A stretch of DNA of 64,000 nt from Yuukianura sp. NJ FZ-2021 (taxonomy: Eukaryota): NCBI GenBank assembly GCA_046563655.1, contig CM102290.1, forward strand, positions 2,480,001 to 2,544,000, given 5' to 3'. Within the stretch, counting starts at the first letter, position 1, and each line of letters begins with the position of its first letter. This document shows, in pieces, positions 51,781 through 63,800 of this stretch. The position numbers were made by a program, and so were the translations under genes. The notes beneath the pieces were generated by a model, which was given only the letters and a program-made list of their open reading frames with translations, was not told where the DNA came from and did no database searches.

Positions 51781-53950
51781 GATAAATGTACTTGACAACG
51801 GTAAAGCTCGACTTCGTGAAGCAGTTTTTAGAAAACGATGCAAAAATCGGCGCGATTGAAGAGTTGAAGTGGAGAGTGCTCGCCAGAAACGAAACTAGCG
51901 GGATCAAAAAACTGACGAGGAAGAACACGGAGCAAAAAAAGCAACTATAAACATCTATGTTTAACTTTTGAAAAAGTCAAGCTTCGCGTTGCTACGGGGA
52001 CGAATGTAACCGTTTCGCCCATTTTTTATACATATGTGTTTTTTTTTTCTGTTTATTATTTGGAGCATGCAGTCGATTTGGTTTCCATGTTAAAATTTAG
52101 AATGAAAACCGAAGCATTTTGGTTTTTGAAAATTGTTCGAATTTGAGTCTTGAAAAAACTTTTTCTCTTCTTGTTTCTTACTTCTTTTCTTGATGGTTTT
52201 CCGTTTGACTTTCTCCACTTAACTTTCCCGCCCCCACACTCCCCCTCCTCCGCCTCTACGCTTCCATCCGGTGGGAAATGGTGAAGTGCGAACAAGAAAA
52301 GTCCTCTGTTCCGGTTTCAGTCTGTAGAAAAATCCGCCATTTCCTTTTTCTTTTTTTCCCGCAAACTTTCTTCCTTCGTCCTCAGCAGTTTCTCTACTCT
52401 TAATTTTTTCCTTCTCCTCTTCTTCTTACGTTCTTTCTCGAGTGTTTATCCAATGAAACACAATTTCCGTTCGTTCCTCACGATCGTTTTCACCACCAGT
52501 TTTTCTTGGGTTAACAGGGGAAGGAAACACTGCTCTAAAAAGAACGCTTCAAAAAAAACCTCAAGTCCTTAAGCATTTCCCTTCTGAGAAGCGAGGTGTC
52601 TTGAGACTTGCTTTCTCTTATTATCATCATCTAGCCTCCTCATCTTACGCTTTAGAGTGAGATTACAAGGTCGAAGTTTCTACACCAGTCAAAGGTTATT
52701 TTGTTTTTACAAAAATTTAAAACAGCTTGTACCGCACAAAAAATACAAATTAAGCAAAAACAAAACAAATTTCATTCTACAAGAAACAGTCTAAGTTAAC
52801 GCGTGAAAAGAAAGCAACAATAAGAAAAGAACATTTCTAAAAAGTTATAATTATTGTTCCAACTTTCTCCCAGGATGTTTAAAAACAATTTTTTAAATTG
52901 GTACAAAACTAAATTACTCCAGCCAAATCCAGCTTAAGGTTAAGAATTGCAGTCCTGTTGAGTTAAGTGTGTAATTGGATTGTTCTTTTTTGTGTGTTTA
53001 GTATGATGTCCATGTCACGGTAGAATTGACACGAGAGGGGTTTTGCCCATTACAAAGAAAGGGAACAAAGAACAGAAAAAAAGAGAGAGTTCAAAACTCG
53101 GCACAAGGAACTTTGTTAGAAAATTCGAGACTTTGAAGAAGAAAATTTACAACACTTATGGGACACATTTCAGAAAATAGCTCTCTTTCCCCGTGTTGTC
53201 TTCTAACCCTCTCGTAACTGTTCCTTCCAATTCCTTTTTTTCTTCCTGGAACAAAAATAGAAGAAAAGACAAGAGGACCATCTTAGTAGTAGTACATGGG
53301 CATTTCGTATGGATTTGCCCTGGGAGAGGTGGAGAAAGTGCGTGCAGTAGAAAGTGAACTATAAAACTTTGGAATATGCATCCAAGCTAGTCCCACTTCT
53401 CCACTTCCGTCTTTTCAAAAAACACAACAACAAGGAGGGAGTGAGCGGGAAAATGAAAGTTTTGTTCTGGAGATGTTTAGAGGCTGAAGCAAAAGGTTCG
53501 GGTAATTCGGAGGTCTAAAAACTATGTTCAGTTGCAGTACGAAGGAGATAGGAGTCTTAACTTGGTTTTATGAGGCCTCAACCTTGGAATTGTTTCCAGT
53601 CGACCCACCACAGCCACCAACCTAACCTCGTCCCCTCGCTTTCCCCACCACAGTCACCACCACTACTTGATTCCAGAATTGAAATAATCATAATCGTTAG
53701 GAAGGAAATGGAGCTCCAGTGACATATTTCTTCAAGTCTTCCCGCTTTCCTGCTCTTTCCAAGTCCAATTACATCCTCAACCTTCCAGCATTAATTCAAC
53801 AACCACTTGTCTCCTCTTCTCCATTTATATTCATCGAAGGGATTAACTTAGAGGTCAAAGGTCAAAGTCTTATCTGTGTCCACTTGGAAAATGAACTTTT
53901 TAACTGCTCACTGCACTTTAGTTTGGAAATAAAACTGCATCGTTTCTCAG

Positions 53951-54161
53951 CAAGATTCTTTAACAACCGAATTGTATTTCCTACAACAGGTTGTCCAATA
54001 ACTCATGGATTTCAACACAACACAACTTTTAGCACCAATCCCATTTAGATTACATGCAAAAAATTACGAAAAAAGATTTGCTACTTTCAAATAAATTTTA
54101 AAACTTTGAGTTATAGGACAACCTGGTATAGATAAAGTTTTCTCGTTATTTACGAACCTTG
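53951..54161. mobile_element. MITE, CAAGGTT-terminus family, copy 4 (in CARP intron 2)
   Basis: CAAGATT...AACCTTG ends, flanked by GTTTCTCAG on both sides (53942-53950, 54162-54170). Inner IR 53987-54005 / 54107-54125 (18/19). Right end tttacgaaccttg is the exact reverse complement of the copy 1 left end. Confidence 0.8.
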
Positions 54162-54803
54162 GTTTCTCAGTGTCAAAGTCAAGCCTTGAGAAACAAAAGA
54201 ATATAAAAATTAGAGAAAATTATTGAAAAGGACGACTGTAATATTAGTACTGTTCTTCATGTTTCCAAAATGTTTTAAAAAATTTAGAAAATTGATTGTT
54301 TTTTGAAATTCATTTGTGTTATCTAAACTGTATTAAAAACACAAAATTTAGTTAAAATTTAATTGTGCCTGGGGATGATGGGGTAAGGGGTTAGGTTAGG
54401 ATAACCTATGGGGATAATCATGAGCCGCGTAAATAAAATACGAGACTATAAACTCACATCGTTATTTTTCTCTCGTGGAGAAAGTGAAGACGGTCGTAAA
54501 AGGCTGTGGTGTAGAGAAGGAGACAGGAGAAAGCATAGGTTTTGCACCACAAGTCAACAGGAAGGGAGAGGAGTGCACTTGGGGGATGAAAATATTATGA
54601 TTAACTGGAGCCAGTTAGAAAGTCATTTCGAATGCAGAATTAAGGTTTATGCGCGCCTAATGAGTGTAAATGGCACTCTGATGCTTCTAGAACGACTCAA
54701 CCACTGAAAAACTATGTTTTTAACCCTAACTCTAACGGAGTTTTAGAAATTCAGGAAATATAAAATTCTGAAGGCTAACTTTGTAACTTTTTGGTTTGTG
54801 CAG

Positions 54804-54940
54804 GCCCAGGGTTTTGGGGTCTCATCAATCCTGACTGGAGTTTATGCAACAAGGGCCGTCGTCAGTCTCCCGTTAACTTGGACCCTACAAAGTTACTCTT
54901 TGACCCTAACCTTAGACCTATTCACATTGACAGAGACCGA
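54804..54940 (+). CDS. CA10: CARP exon 3 (GPGFWGLINPDWSLCNKGRRQSPVNLDP...IDRDR)
   Basis: Acceptor ttgtgcag, donor CGA|GTAAGT at 54941. Contains the alpha-CA QSPVN motif. Confidence 0.95.
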
Positions 54941-55531
54941 GTAAGTGCTTATGGTACTACGTATATCGCTGTAAAAAGTGACTTCAGAGCAGGCAAAATA
55001 AAATAACGTTATGAAGCCAAATTTGAAATTTCTGAAAATAAAGCGCGTAAGGGATCATGTTTCAAATTTAGTTTAGAGGCGGGGAAAAGAGAAAGTACGG
55101 AGTAAGGAAGGAAAAATAAAGTTTAACAGCCACTGCAACACAACCCCCACAAGAATTGTTCCAAATTACATTTGCATCGTAAGTTTAGAACAGGGTGACA
55201 GAAAGAGCCTTAAGGGAACTAGACTTATTATCCTTAATTCCATATAAACAAATATAACCAAAAACTCAATTTAAAAAAAAATTGTTTTTCGCCAAACATT
55301 GTGATAATAAATAAAAACAAAATTTTGTTTGCTCACTCTTCAGTTAATCAGGATGGATTTCTGTTAAACATACGTTACTAGCATTGTTTTTTTCAAAAAT
55401 GCGTTTCAAAATTCTACCAAAATATTTAGAATATTCAACCAACTAGGTCTTCGCAGTAGGGCTTACAGAAGTAAAAAATTTTTTTGTTCAAAATTTGGAA
55501 AAATTAATTGTTTTCGTTTTGTTTTGTGTAG

Positions 55532-55834
55532 GTCAACGGTGTGATAACAAATACAGGTCACAGTGTGATTTTCTACGCTGGACCGTGGGATGAAGAGGGT
55601 ATTGATGGCAGTGAGAACGGAGGTGGTGGGTTCTTTGTGAGTGGGAACAATGGTGCTGCGGGTGGGTCCGGTGGGAACGGTGGTGGGTCCAATCCCAGTC
55701 CTAAGACGCTCGTGAACATTACAGGCGGTCCACTCTCCTACAGATATCAATTTCATGAAATCCATATCCACTACGGATTGCGTGATGACGGTGGATCGGA
55801 ACATACTGTTGACGGATATGCATTTCCGGCAGAG
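55532..55834 (+). CDS. CA10: CARP exon 4 (VNGVITNTGHSVIF...YQFHEIHIHYG...SEHTVDGYAFPAE)
   Basis: Acceptor ttgtgtag, donor GAG|GTTTCT at 55835 (weak). Contains the NTGHS, HxH and GSEH alpha-CA motifs and a Gly-rich insert. Confidence 0.92.
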
Positions 55835-56335
55835 GTTTCTACATTTTCACATTCCTTTTATGTTCCCACTTTTCCACAAGGTTACCAACAGAACAATTCA
55901 AGGCTTTCACATAACTTTCTCTTTCACAGACTAAAAAACTGTTTCCCAGGTCACGCAGAGGCATGTGTACCACGCATTAGTTTGGACTATGATTATAATT
56001 TGAGCCTAACTTCTTATGTTTGATGTTCCACTGTAACTTGCTACCCTTTACCCACCCCTGACACAAGTTATTGTTCCAAAAACCTCCTGATTCACCGATT
56101 TTATTTGGCACTGGCTCTTAGGGTGTTACACTTTCCCACTTTGATTTCATTTAATTACTTAACACCTTAGTATAGTAGAAACGAAGGTGAGAGACACCAT
56201 TCATGCCAATATTTGGAAGGAACACGCCCACTTTTTAAAGATCCTCCACATCATGCCAACAACACATTCATCATTCTCCCAAAATAAACAAATCGGGGAG
56301 GCTTTCACTGATTCTGGTTTCTTTTCACTTTGTAG

Positions 56336-56431
56336 CTTCAAATGTATGGATTCAATTCCCAACTTTACAGTAACTTCAGCGAGGCCGTCTACAGGTCTCA
56401 AGGAATCGTTGCCATTTCGGTCTTGCTTCAG
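56336..56431 (+). CDS. CA10: CARP exon 5 (LQMYGFNSQLYSNFSEAVYRSQGIVAISVLLQ)
   Basis: Acceptor ctttgtag, donor CAG|GTAAAC. AE-LQ shows Gln in place of the third zinc-ligand His. Confidence 0.93.
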
Positions 56432-56869
56432 GTAAACCAACTGCAATTCAACCTATAACTAGAAAAAAAATTATAAAATTACAAATTATAATAAATATTT
56501 TTCTTAATTTCAAGTTTAAAATTTGTGACTATTTTGCACAAACTTTTCTAAGATTTTTGAAAAATAAAACTAAAGCTGCACAGCAAGCTTAAAAAACTTT
56601 ACATTATTTTTCAATTGGTTCAAGATTGTAAAAATCTAAAGAGATTTGAGGCACGTTGACTTTGACGAGCTTAAATGTGTTTTGGACAGTCACAAATGGA
56701 TTACCGTGACGGAAAATTTTGAATTTTGTGTAAGCAGCAGTGTAATCATTTGTCTTGTTCCTTCCTAAAGTTTTTCTTTGTTTGATTCCAAGATGTCTGT
56801 TTGAAAAATGGAAGGAAGGAGTTTGTGGCGGCTAAATTTGAGTATATTTTTCCCTTCTCTTTTGTCTAG

Positions 56870-56936
56870 CTCGGTGATTTATCAAACCCGGAACTTCGGT
56901 TACTGACTGATCAACTAAGTAGAATAAAATTCAGCG
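56870..56936 (+). CDS. CA10: CARP exon 6 (LGDLSNPELRLLTDQLSRIKFS)
   Basis: Acceptor tttgtctag, donor G|GTAAGT at 56937; phase-consistent with both neighbours. Confidence 0.92.
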
Positions 56937-57738
56937 GTAAGTAAAAGCAGTGTATACATCCTCTTTCCCTCTGTAGATCATCCCAGCGATCACTTTCCCC
57001 TTGTTCACAACCACACAAGTATGAGCCCACACGGTTAGTTAAGTTACATATAAATCCCTAGCCTGGAGTAGTACTCTGGAGCTACTGCTACGGTGAAGGG
57101 GAAGAACCGTGGGAGCCCCTGAGAAGAATGGAAAAATTGCATTTAATATGTAAATGAGGCCAAGATCCTGGAGGCTGAGGTCATAAAAGATGCAGAAGGT
57201 TGCCAGCGGTTTCACGGTTTGCATTCCTCAGCCCAAGTCCACACATTCCGCCCCATAACTTACTACACTTTCACAACCAAACTCATATTTTCCACCACCA
57301 GGGAAAGTTAGTTCCATGCCGGGCCAAAAACAAAAGAGCAGGGCTTGGAAACCGACAAAAGACAGGGAGAATTACAATTCACCACTTTCACTTTCACCGC
57401 CAAATCTCTACGTTTCGGCGCTGATTTTAAAATCCTTTGCACTGGGGATGAAGAGCTAATCCGCACAATCCGCATACAAAAAATTTCCTGAGAATTCGCA
57501 CATTTTTTCTCGGTCATATCGCTAGAGATTTACTTCATTAAAAAGCGTAACTTGAACCTACGCGTGTCCAAACTCGTAAAAATTTTGATAGCCAGATAGT
57601 AAACAAAAAATGAAAGCATTTTTTGTCGCATTTTATTCAAGGACTATACGTTTGCTGTGAAAATTTGAACAGTTAGTTAAAATTTCAGGTTTAGCACAAC
57701 GCTTATATTAGTTTAACATTGGTTTTGATTGGTTGAAG

Positions 57739-58019
57739 GTCAAAGTGCCCCAGTTCAGCGACTGTCGCTCCAAGCCCTCCTTCCAACTACTGAGCAGTAC
57801 ATGACCTACGAGGGGTCAACGACCATGCCTGCCTGTCACGAAACCGTAAGCTGGATTGTGATGAACAAACCCATCTACATTACCAAACAGCAACTGTACG
57901 TCCTCCGGAAACTGATGCAGGGGGATGAAGAATATCCAAAAGCTCCACTCGGAAGCAACTTTCGTCCACCTCAAACACTTCATCATCGACCTGTCCGAAC
58001 TAACATTGATTTCACCAAG
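57739..58019 (+). CDS. CA10: CARP exon 7 (GQSAPVQRL...YMTYEGSTTMPACHETVSW...NFRPPQ...RTNIDFTK)
   Basis: YEGSTTxP-C-E-V-W and NFRPPQ alpha-CA motifs. AAG acceptor at 57736-57738, donor AAG|GTAAGG at 58020. Confidence 0.93.
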
Positions 58020-59397
58020 GTAAGGAGAAAGTTCTGGAAGGGAACTCAGTCATTCATTCATTTCACTTTTGGCACTTTTCTCATCATCTCCTCCCTTCGA
58101 CCCCACTTTCACATAACACCATTCCCACACGGACCATTTCAGCTAGAACCAAGATTAGGACTAGAAAGAAAGTTTCCATGCATTTCAGCACCAATAATCA
58201 ATCCAATCCACTGCCCACTACTTCCCTCTCTGCAACTGAACCATTCCCAAAAACTTAACCAATGGCCTCTGACTCACAGGATCCATTACCAGAATCCAAA
58301 AAAATAAAGTTTGTAGCAATTCTGCTAACTCAAACGAACAAAGTTTAGCCTAACCTAACCACTTGTCTACCAAAACTCAAAAACTTTCACCCCTTAATCT
58401 TCTTTTTCCTTTAAAAATGACACGAAGTATTCCTCTCAAAATATTACTCAAAAGTTTCAAAAACAAATTTTTCATTTTTCTTGCCTTTAAGCCATGCGTA
58501 GAGATCCTCCAAAGTTCCGCTAAACTGTAAAGACATTGTTTTGCTTACCAAAGTGGTTTAGTGTCACTTTGGTTCCTTTGCGTTCAGAAGAGAATGGAGA
58601 AAGTAGAGGAAAGGATATTGTCGTTAGTTGCCATTGGGATAAAAGTCTATTGTGTCCCCATCGCAGTATTTTGGTCCTGGAAGACTCTTCCAAGTACTTT
58701 GTCCCATGACATTGGCATTACTCCATCCCAGAATCACATTCCACTCCATTGCCCATCACAGCATCTTCACCTTTAGTTCCAGTAGTAGGAGTGTTTAACT
58801 TGTTTCTTCCAGAAACAAGGCTCCCTGTACCCTCATCAATAATTCCTAGACAAATTAGGGAAATTGAGATGGAATCAAATGCCTTGAAGGGCAGAAAGAG
58901 ACAAGATCAAGGACGTGAGGGGGACTCAAGGGCTTCGAACAAGATCATTACAAGTACTTAAGTGACAAGTAGGCAAATACTCCAATCGCTCGTCTTCCCT
59001 TCCTTTCCCTCTTCAATTTCATGCTTCAAGACTTCCCTAATCGCATATGCTTTCTCCTCCTAAAATCTCTCCAAAACATCCTGCTATAAATCCACAAAAA
59101 AAATAGTCTAATTTTTAGTTTTAGCAAAATTTAAACCGCCACGCAAAATTCTACTCTTATTTGCTTGTGCTTTTTTTTATTTTTAGCCGTCACAACTTTC
59201 TCTTTTGGCAAATCGTAAAAAAAAACAAGTTTTTCGTTTGCTCGTTTTTTTTTTGTTTTTTGCCATTTTTTATATTTGAATTTAAATTTCATTCCAAAGC
59301 TTGACATAGTTTTTTCGGCAACAGATTGAAAATCAGAAAATCATTGAAAATATGATATTGATTTTAAAATGTGATTTGAATATTATTTGTTTTTTAG

Positions 59398-59443
59398 GGA
59401 ATGGAGTGTAGTCATACGATGCAGAGGGAAATGTACTATAAAG
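59398..59443 (+). CDS. CA10: CARP exon 8 (GMECSHTMQREMYYK)
   Basis: Acceptor ttttttag, donor AAG|GTAATC at 59444. Resembles the C-terminal Cys...MYYK segment I recall from invertebrate CARPs. Confidence 0.85.
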
Positions 59444-59761
59444 GTAATCCTGACTTTTTTGAATCATGTTTTCTAAATTGTTTTATTGGATGCTGGTTGT
59501 TCCACCTTGCTGTGAACGCCAGTGTTCTGAACAACACAACCGTCATGGCCAAGAAAACAATTGGTTTCTTCTTGTTCAAGCACTTGTGTCTTGCGGCCAT
59601 CCATCCATGTTCCTATGAATATTTGAATCGAATCCTCCCCATTCTTGATCTTTCCAGTCTGGTTATACACCAAGATGATGTCGTTGCCCTTGCAGTTACA
59701 GTTTGAACTTTACGGCTATATTTTGCTTAAAAAAATAATATTTGTTTCTTGCCATGAATAG

Positions 59762-59784
59762 CAAACACATGGAAGACGCCATAG
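59762..59784 (+). CDS. CA10: CARP terminal exon (ANTWKTP*)
   Basis: Acceptor gaatag (59761); the phase-1 join gives YYK-ANTWKTP-TAG. The nine exons total 1092 nt, 363 aa plus stop. Confidence 0.8.
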
Positions 59785-60860
59785 CCACTTCAGCCGGAGT
59801 TTGTTCCATCACTTTTCCACACCGCCCAAATTCAAAATTCAACTCAACAACAAACGGAGCTTGAAAAACAGAAGCAAAGTTTCCGTCTCACGACTTTTGT
59901 GTAAAACAACAAAAGTTGATCATGTCACTTTCATCGCGCCGGTTTGTCTTACCTCAACTCCATACTACAGTCCCTTATACTACACAAAATTGACATTCAT
60001 GACAGGATGAATAATGAACTTTGACCCCTCTGGAGGTTCTCTTCATTCTTCCCATTCACCTTAACAACATAAATCAGTCCTCCTTTCTTCCAGGGAATAA
60101 GCGTCTTCTCGCCAGCCGCAAGCCAGTGCAAGCGATGGAACCAGAATACAGGAACAGGGGTCCTGCTTTCTCTTTTTTCTAAAAAAAATTTTTGGACACA
60201 GTTTTTTTTGTGTCGTCGTGTCGTGTGTGAGAAGATGCTAATTTTATGCATAGGACTAGAGGATGTTCGTCTACGGTTCGTTAGAAGTGATTTAGGTGAG
60301 GAAGACGAAAGGAAGGAAGAAGCGATGTCCCGGACTTAATCAGATTCCAAGCAGAAATCCAAGGAACACAAGCCTGACTTAACATGAAGAGGAGACAGGA
60401 CACAGAAAACCCTTGTTAGAAAGTGAGAAGTCGAACATTTCCCCAGTGAAAGTGCATCCCCTTTCCACTGAATTAAAAAATGGAAGAAGGAAGGCAGGGA
60501 AGAGGCAAATGGAACTGTATACATAACCTATCTAACATTCTCCTGACTACGGTTCTTTTGGTAATCAGATGTAGATTAACAAGGGGGGTCCCTTGTCTTC
60601 TACTTACCAAGGGACAAGGAGAAAACAAGTTCCACACTTTTTGTACACTTCAAATTGCTTCCTAAGGCCCTCTAACACGGTGTTCTTATTATCATTAATT
60701 GTGTACAAAAAAAATAATTAGAACTTAAAACTTAACACTTTTCTGATACTTTAGAACAACAAAAAACTTCATTAAACTTGTTGCTTAATTTAAATTGGAA
60801 ATATCAAAAGTTATGCAGACGGGATCACCTTTGTCTCCTTTTGATGATGATGATGAGATA

Positions 60861-60866
60861 AATAAA
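60861..60866 (+). promoter_or_regulatory. candidate poly(A) signal of the CARP gene
   Basis: AATAAA about 1.1 kb after the stop in UTR-like sequence. Confidence 0.3.
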
Positions 60867-63800
60867 TTGAAAATTACGAACGCGCAATTCGTTACAAAAA
60901 CTAACACAACCTAAAATGCAATATTTTCCAAACTTCATTTAATTTTTTTGAAAAATATTTTCTCAACAAAAAATGTGCTAAAGGTATTATTTTTAGATGA
61001 AAATTTGAGCTTTCACCGTAGTCCAAAGTATATACCTACAAAGATTAGAGAAATGTAATTGGTAGCAGAAAGTACGAAACTAAAAGTAAGTTGTGTTTGT
61101 AACTTTGTAATTTTTTCAAATCCACGTACATACAGAGAGTCCTGTTGATTGGGTTGAGATCTCTGGGACTGCGGGACTGAGTCCAATGAACCTAAATCCT
61201 TGGAAATGGTTTCCAATGGATAGGTTAGTGTGAAGGAGTTAATTAGAAATTCTGTGGACTCTGTCGAGAAAGTCTGAGGATTCGGAAGAGTGTGAGTCTA
61301 TCAATTAACTCCAGGGCTGCCTCGATCCAATTCCTTGGGTGTTGTAAGGAATTGAGCAAAGGAAGGTCAGTTCCTTCCAGTTTCCTTTGGCTCAAGGACT
61401 TTCTCCTGCTGGGTTGTGGGAGAAAGTGGTCATTGTAGCCGAAGGAAGACATCTGGGAGGTTCTGGACTAATGTTGATTTATCACTTTCTCAAACCTATT
61501 TCATCCTCCTTCTCACCTTCCACCCACTAGCACACGACTTAGTAACTAAGAAAGAACAGGAGAAAGTACGGCAGTAACTACGATTGGAATCGAATGAGTA
61601 AACATTAGGCTACAACTTTCCATTATGATCCATCTCCAGACTCAAATCAATCAATTTTGTTACGCAGCAACGCTTCAACGCAACACTTTATCATCCTTCA
61701 AGTCAAATTGAAACAGGATTCACTTGTGGAAGAGTACAAACCAATGCTTGACCTTAAGCCTAATCCTGACTGTGATACTGGCTCAAAATTTTTTAGTTTG
61801 AAACCGACCTGACACTTTCTTAGCCAAAAATTGCAAAACTTTTTTTACTCGACTGAATGAGATTGATTCCAACGGTATGGATCGTAGTAAAAAATGAATT
61901 TTTACGACAATCCTTCATTAGTTTAGAATATTTTGAAAATAAAATTTGGAAATACAGATGTAATGGATTTGAGATTGAAGTTAGTGTATTTGTAAGAATG
62001 AGTTTATTGTTAACTAATTGCGCTGGATGAGCATGGTGAAAGGATGTTTTCATGTGGTCATAAAAATGGATGTTCAGTGACGATGAATTCAGTTCTTTCG
62101 GTTCAATGAGAAGGAAGATGGTGATGGAGAAAGTGATATAGGAGCACCCACCCTCTTCCCCTCTCCTGTTCAAAATGTTCAAACGTTGGAAATGTTCAAA
62201 CTGTTCAAATTGAATGTTCGCCACTTCTGGAAGGAGTCGAGGGTGTTTGGAACAGTGGTGAATTTCCTATTTCACAGTGGGTGGACAGAGGGCAAGTGAA
62301 CTGAAAGGAAGAAACCTCCAATTTCCATTTACTCACACGCTCAACTGTGACTCAAAAAGAACTTTCACTTGGAAATTGAAATGGACGAGAGCATCTAGTC
62401 CTCTTCCGTCCATCATCCGTCCAAGGACCAAATAGTAATGGACACAAGATCCCCAATGTCACTGCAGTAGTGGAATGACTAAGGCGATAGACGGCTTTGG
62501 GCACCACAGCAGCTTTCGGTAAAAATTAAAACTAACTTCGAAATTATTTTTTAGAAAAAACTTTTTTTTATAAGATTTTTCTAAAAATTTGACACTAAGT
62601 CGTAGCAGTGTCGGAGTGAGTAAAATGCCCAGGACGGTAGTACAAAATGCCCGTGTAGTTGGCTAACCCTGGTAAAGACGGGCATTCCAAAGAATCAGTT
62701 TGCTGGAATTGATGACACTTTTACAAATGTAATTTGTCTTTGAGGGTCCACTGACTCCATTTGCCCAAACTCCTCAAGAGTAAGCTGTTTTAGAACATTG
62801 TTTAAAATTGACCAATTTGAACAACGGGAAACCACCTGACATTTACTCTTAAAACACTTCTGGAACGCATCTTTTGCACTCTGTGCGCTGTAACGTAAAT
62901 CAATGCTGCTCAATCAACATTTTCCAACACTGAACCTCGTAAAATTAAATCTAAACTACTACTAGTAAACTTGAAATTTCGATTTAAAAAAACCTGCAGT
63001 TCCTTATTGAATTTTGGTCTTTAGTGGCAAGAGAACAAATTTTGAAAAAAAAAAGAGAAAGTTTATGAAAGCTTTTCTCCAGATGTGACGTAAAACCGGA
63101 AGGTTTATTCGTTTTCTCGCTTTCTGTTTAACCGCATTGACTTTCTCTTTTCATTTAGAACTCGAAACTTTTGGAAATTTCAAAAAGTTTACCAAAAATT
63201 TGAGAAATTTAGTGCAATTAATTCCTTTCTCACGCCTCTCACACTCACAACCCTTTCATTCCCTTCGTACATAATTGAGCAAAAGTGTCAATTTCTGAGT
63301 AGCTAATTTGTAAAAACGAATCCTTTTGTAAATAGTCGCGGCTTTATTGAAAAGTTAACTGAAATTTCATGTCAACCAGCACACGCACATAGGATTTGAC
63401 ACTAATTGAAATGTCTTCTAAAATCTAATTCACTAATCGATTCCTTTCTTAGTGTGTGAGTGTAACGATTTTAAAAAAGAGTCTGACTACATAAATAAGG
63501 TACAAAAAGCTTCAGATTTAGAAAATGTTTTATTTTGGACGCTGCATTAAAAACGGAACTCTTGCGTTGAAATTTCCAACAAAAGTTTAAAATTGTCAAA
63601 AAAGAGAAAGAAGATGCAGTGTTAAATATTTAAGGCAGTGAAAGAAAAGTGCAGGAAAGTTCTTTGAAGGAGGAACTTCCTTTCCATTTATTTTGGAAAA
63701 GTAGGAGTAGTGGAACTTTGTGTTTTTGTTTTGTTGGATTCTGAATGACAATGACTGATCCATGACTGCTAATTTCTGTCTATTTCTTCGAGCTAAGGGA

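Noticed and set aside
62621..62686. aaaatgccc direct repeat plus inverted acgggcatt
   Set aside because: Too short, with no TSD or partner end; indistinguishable from the general background of short IRs.
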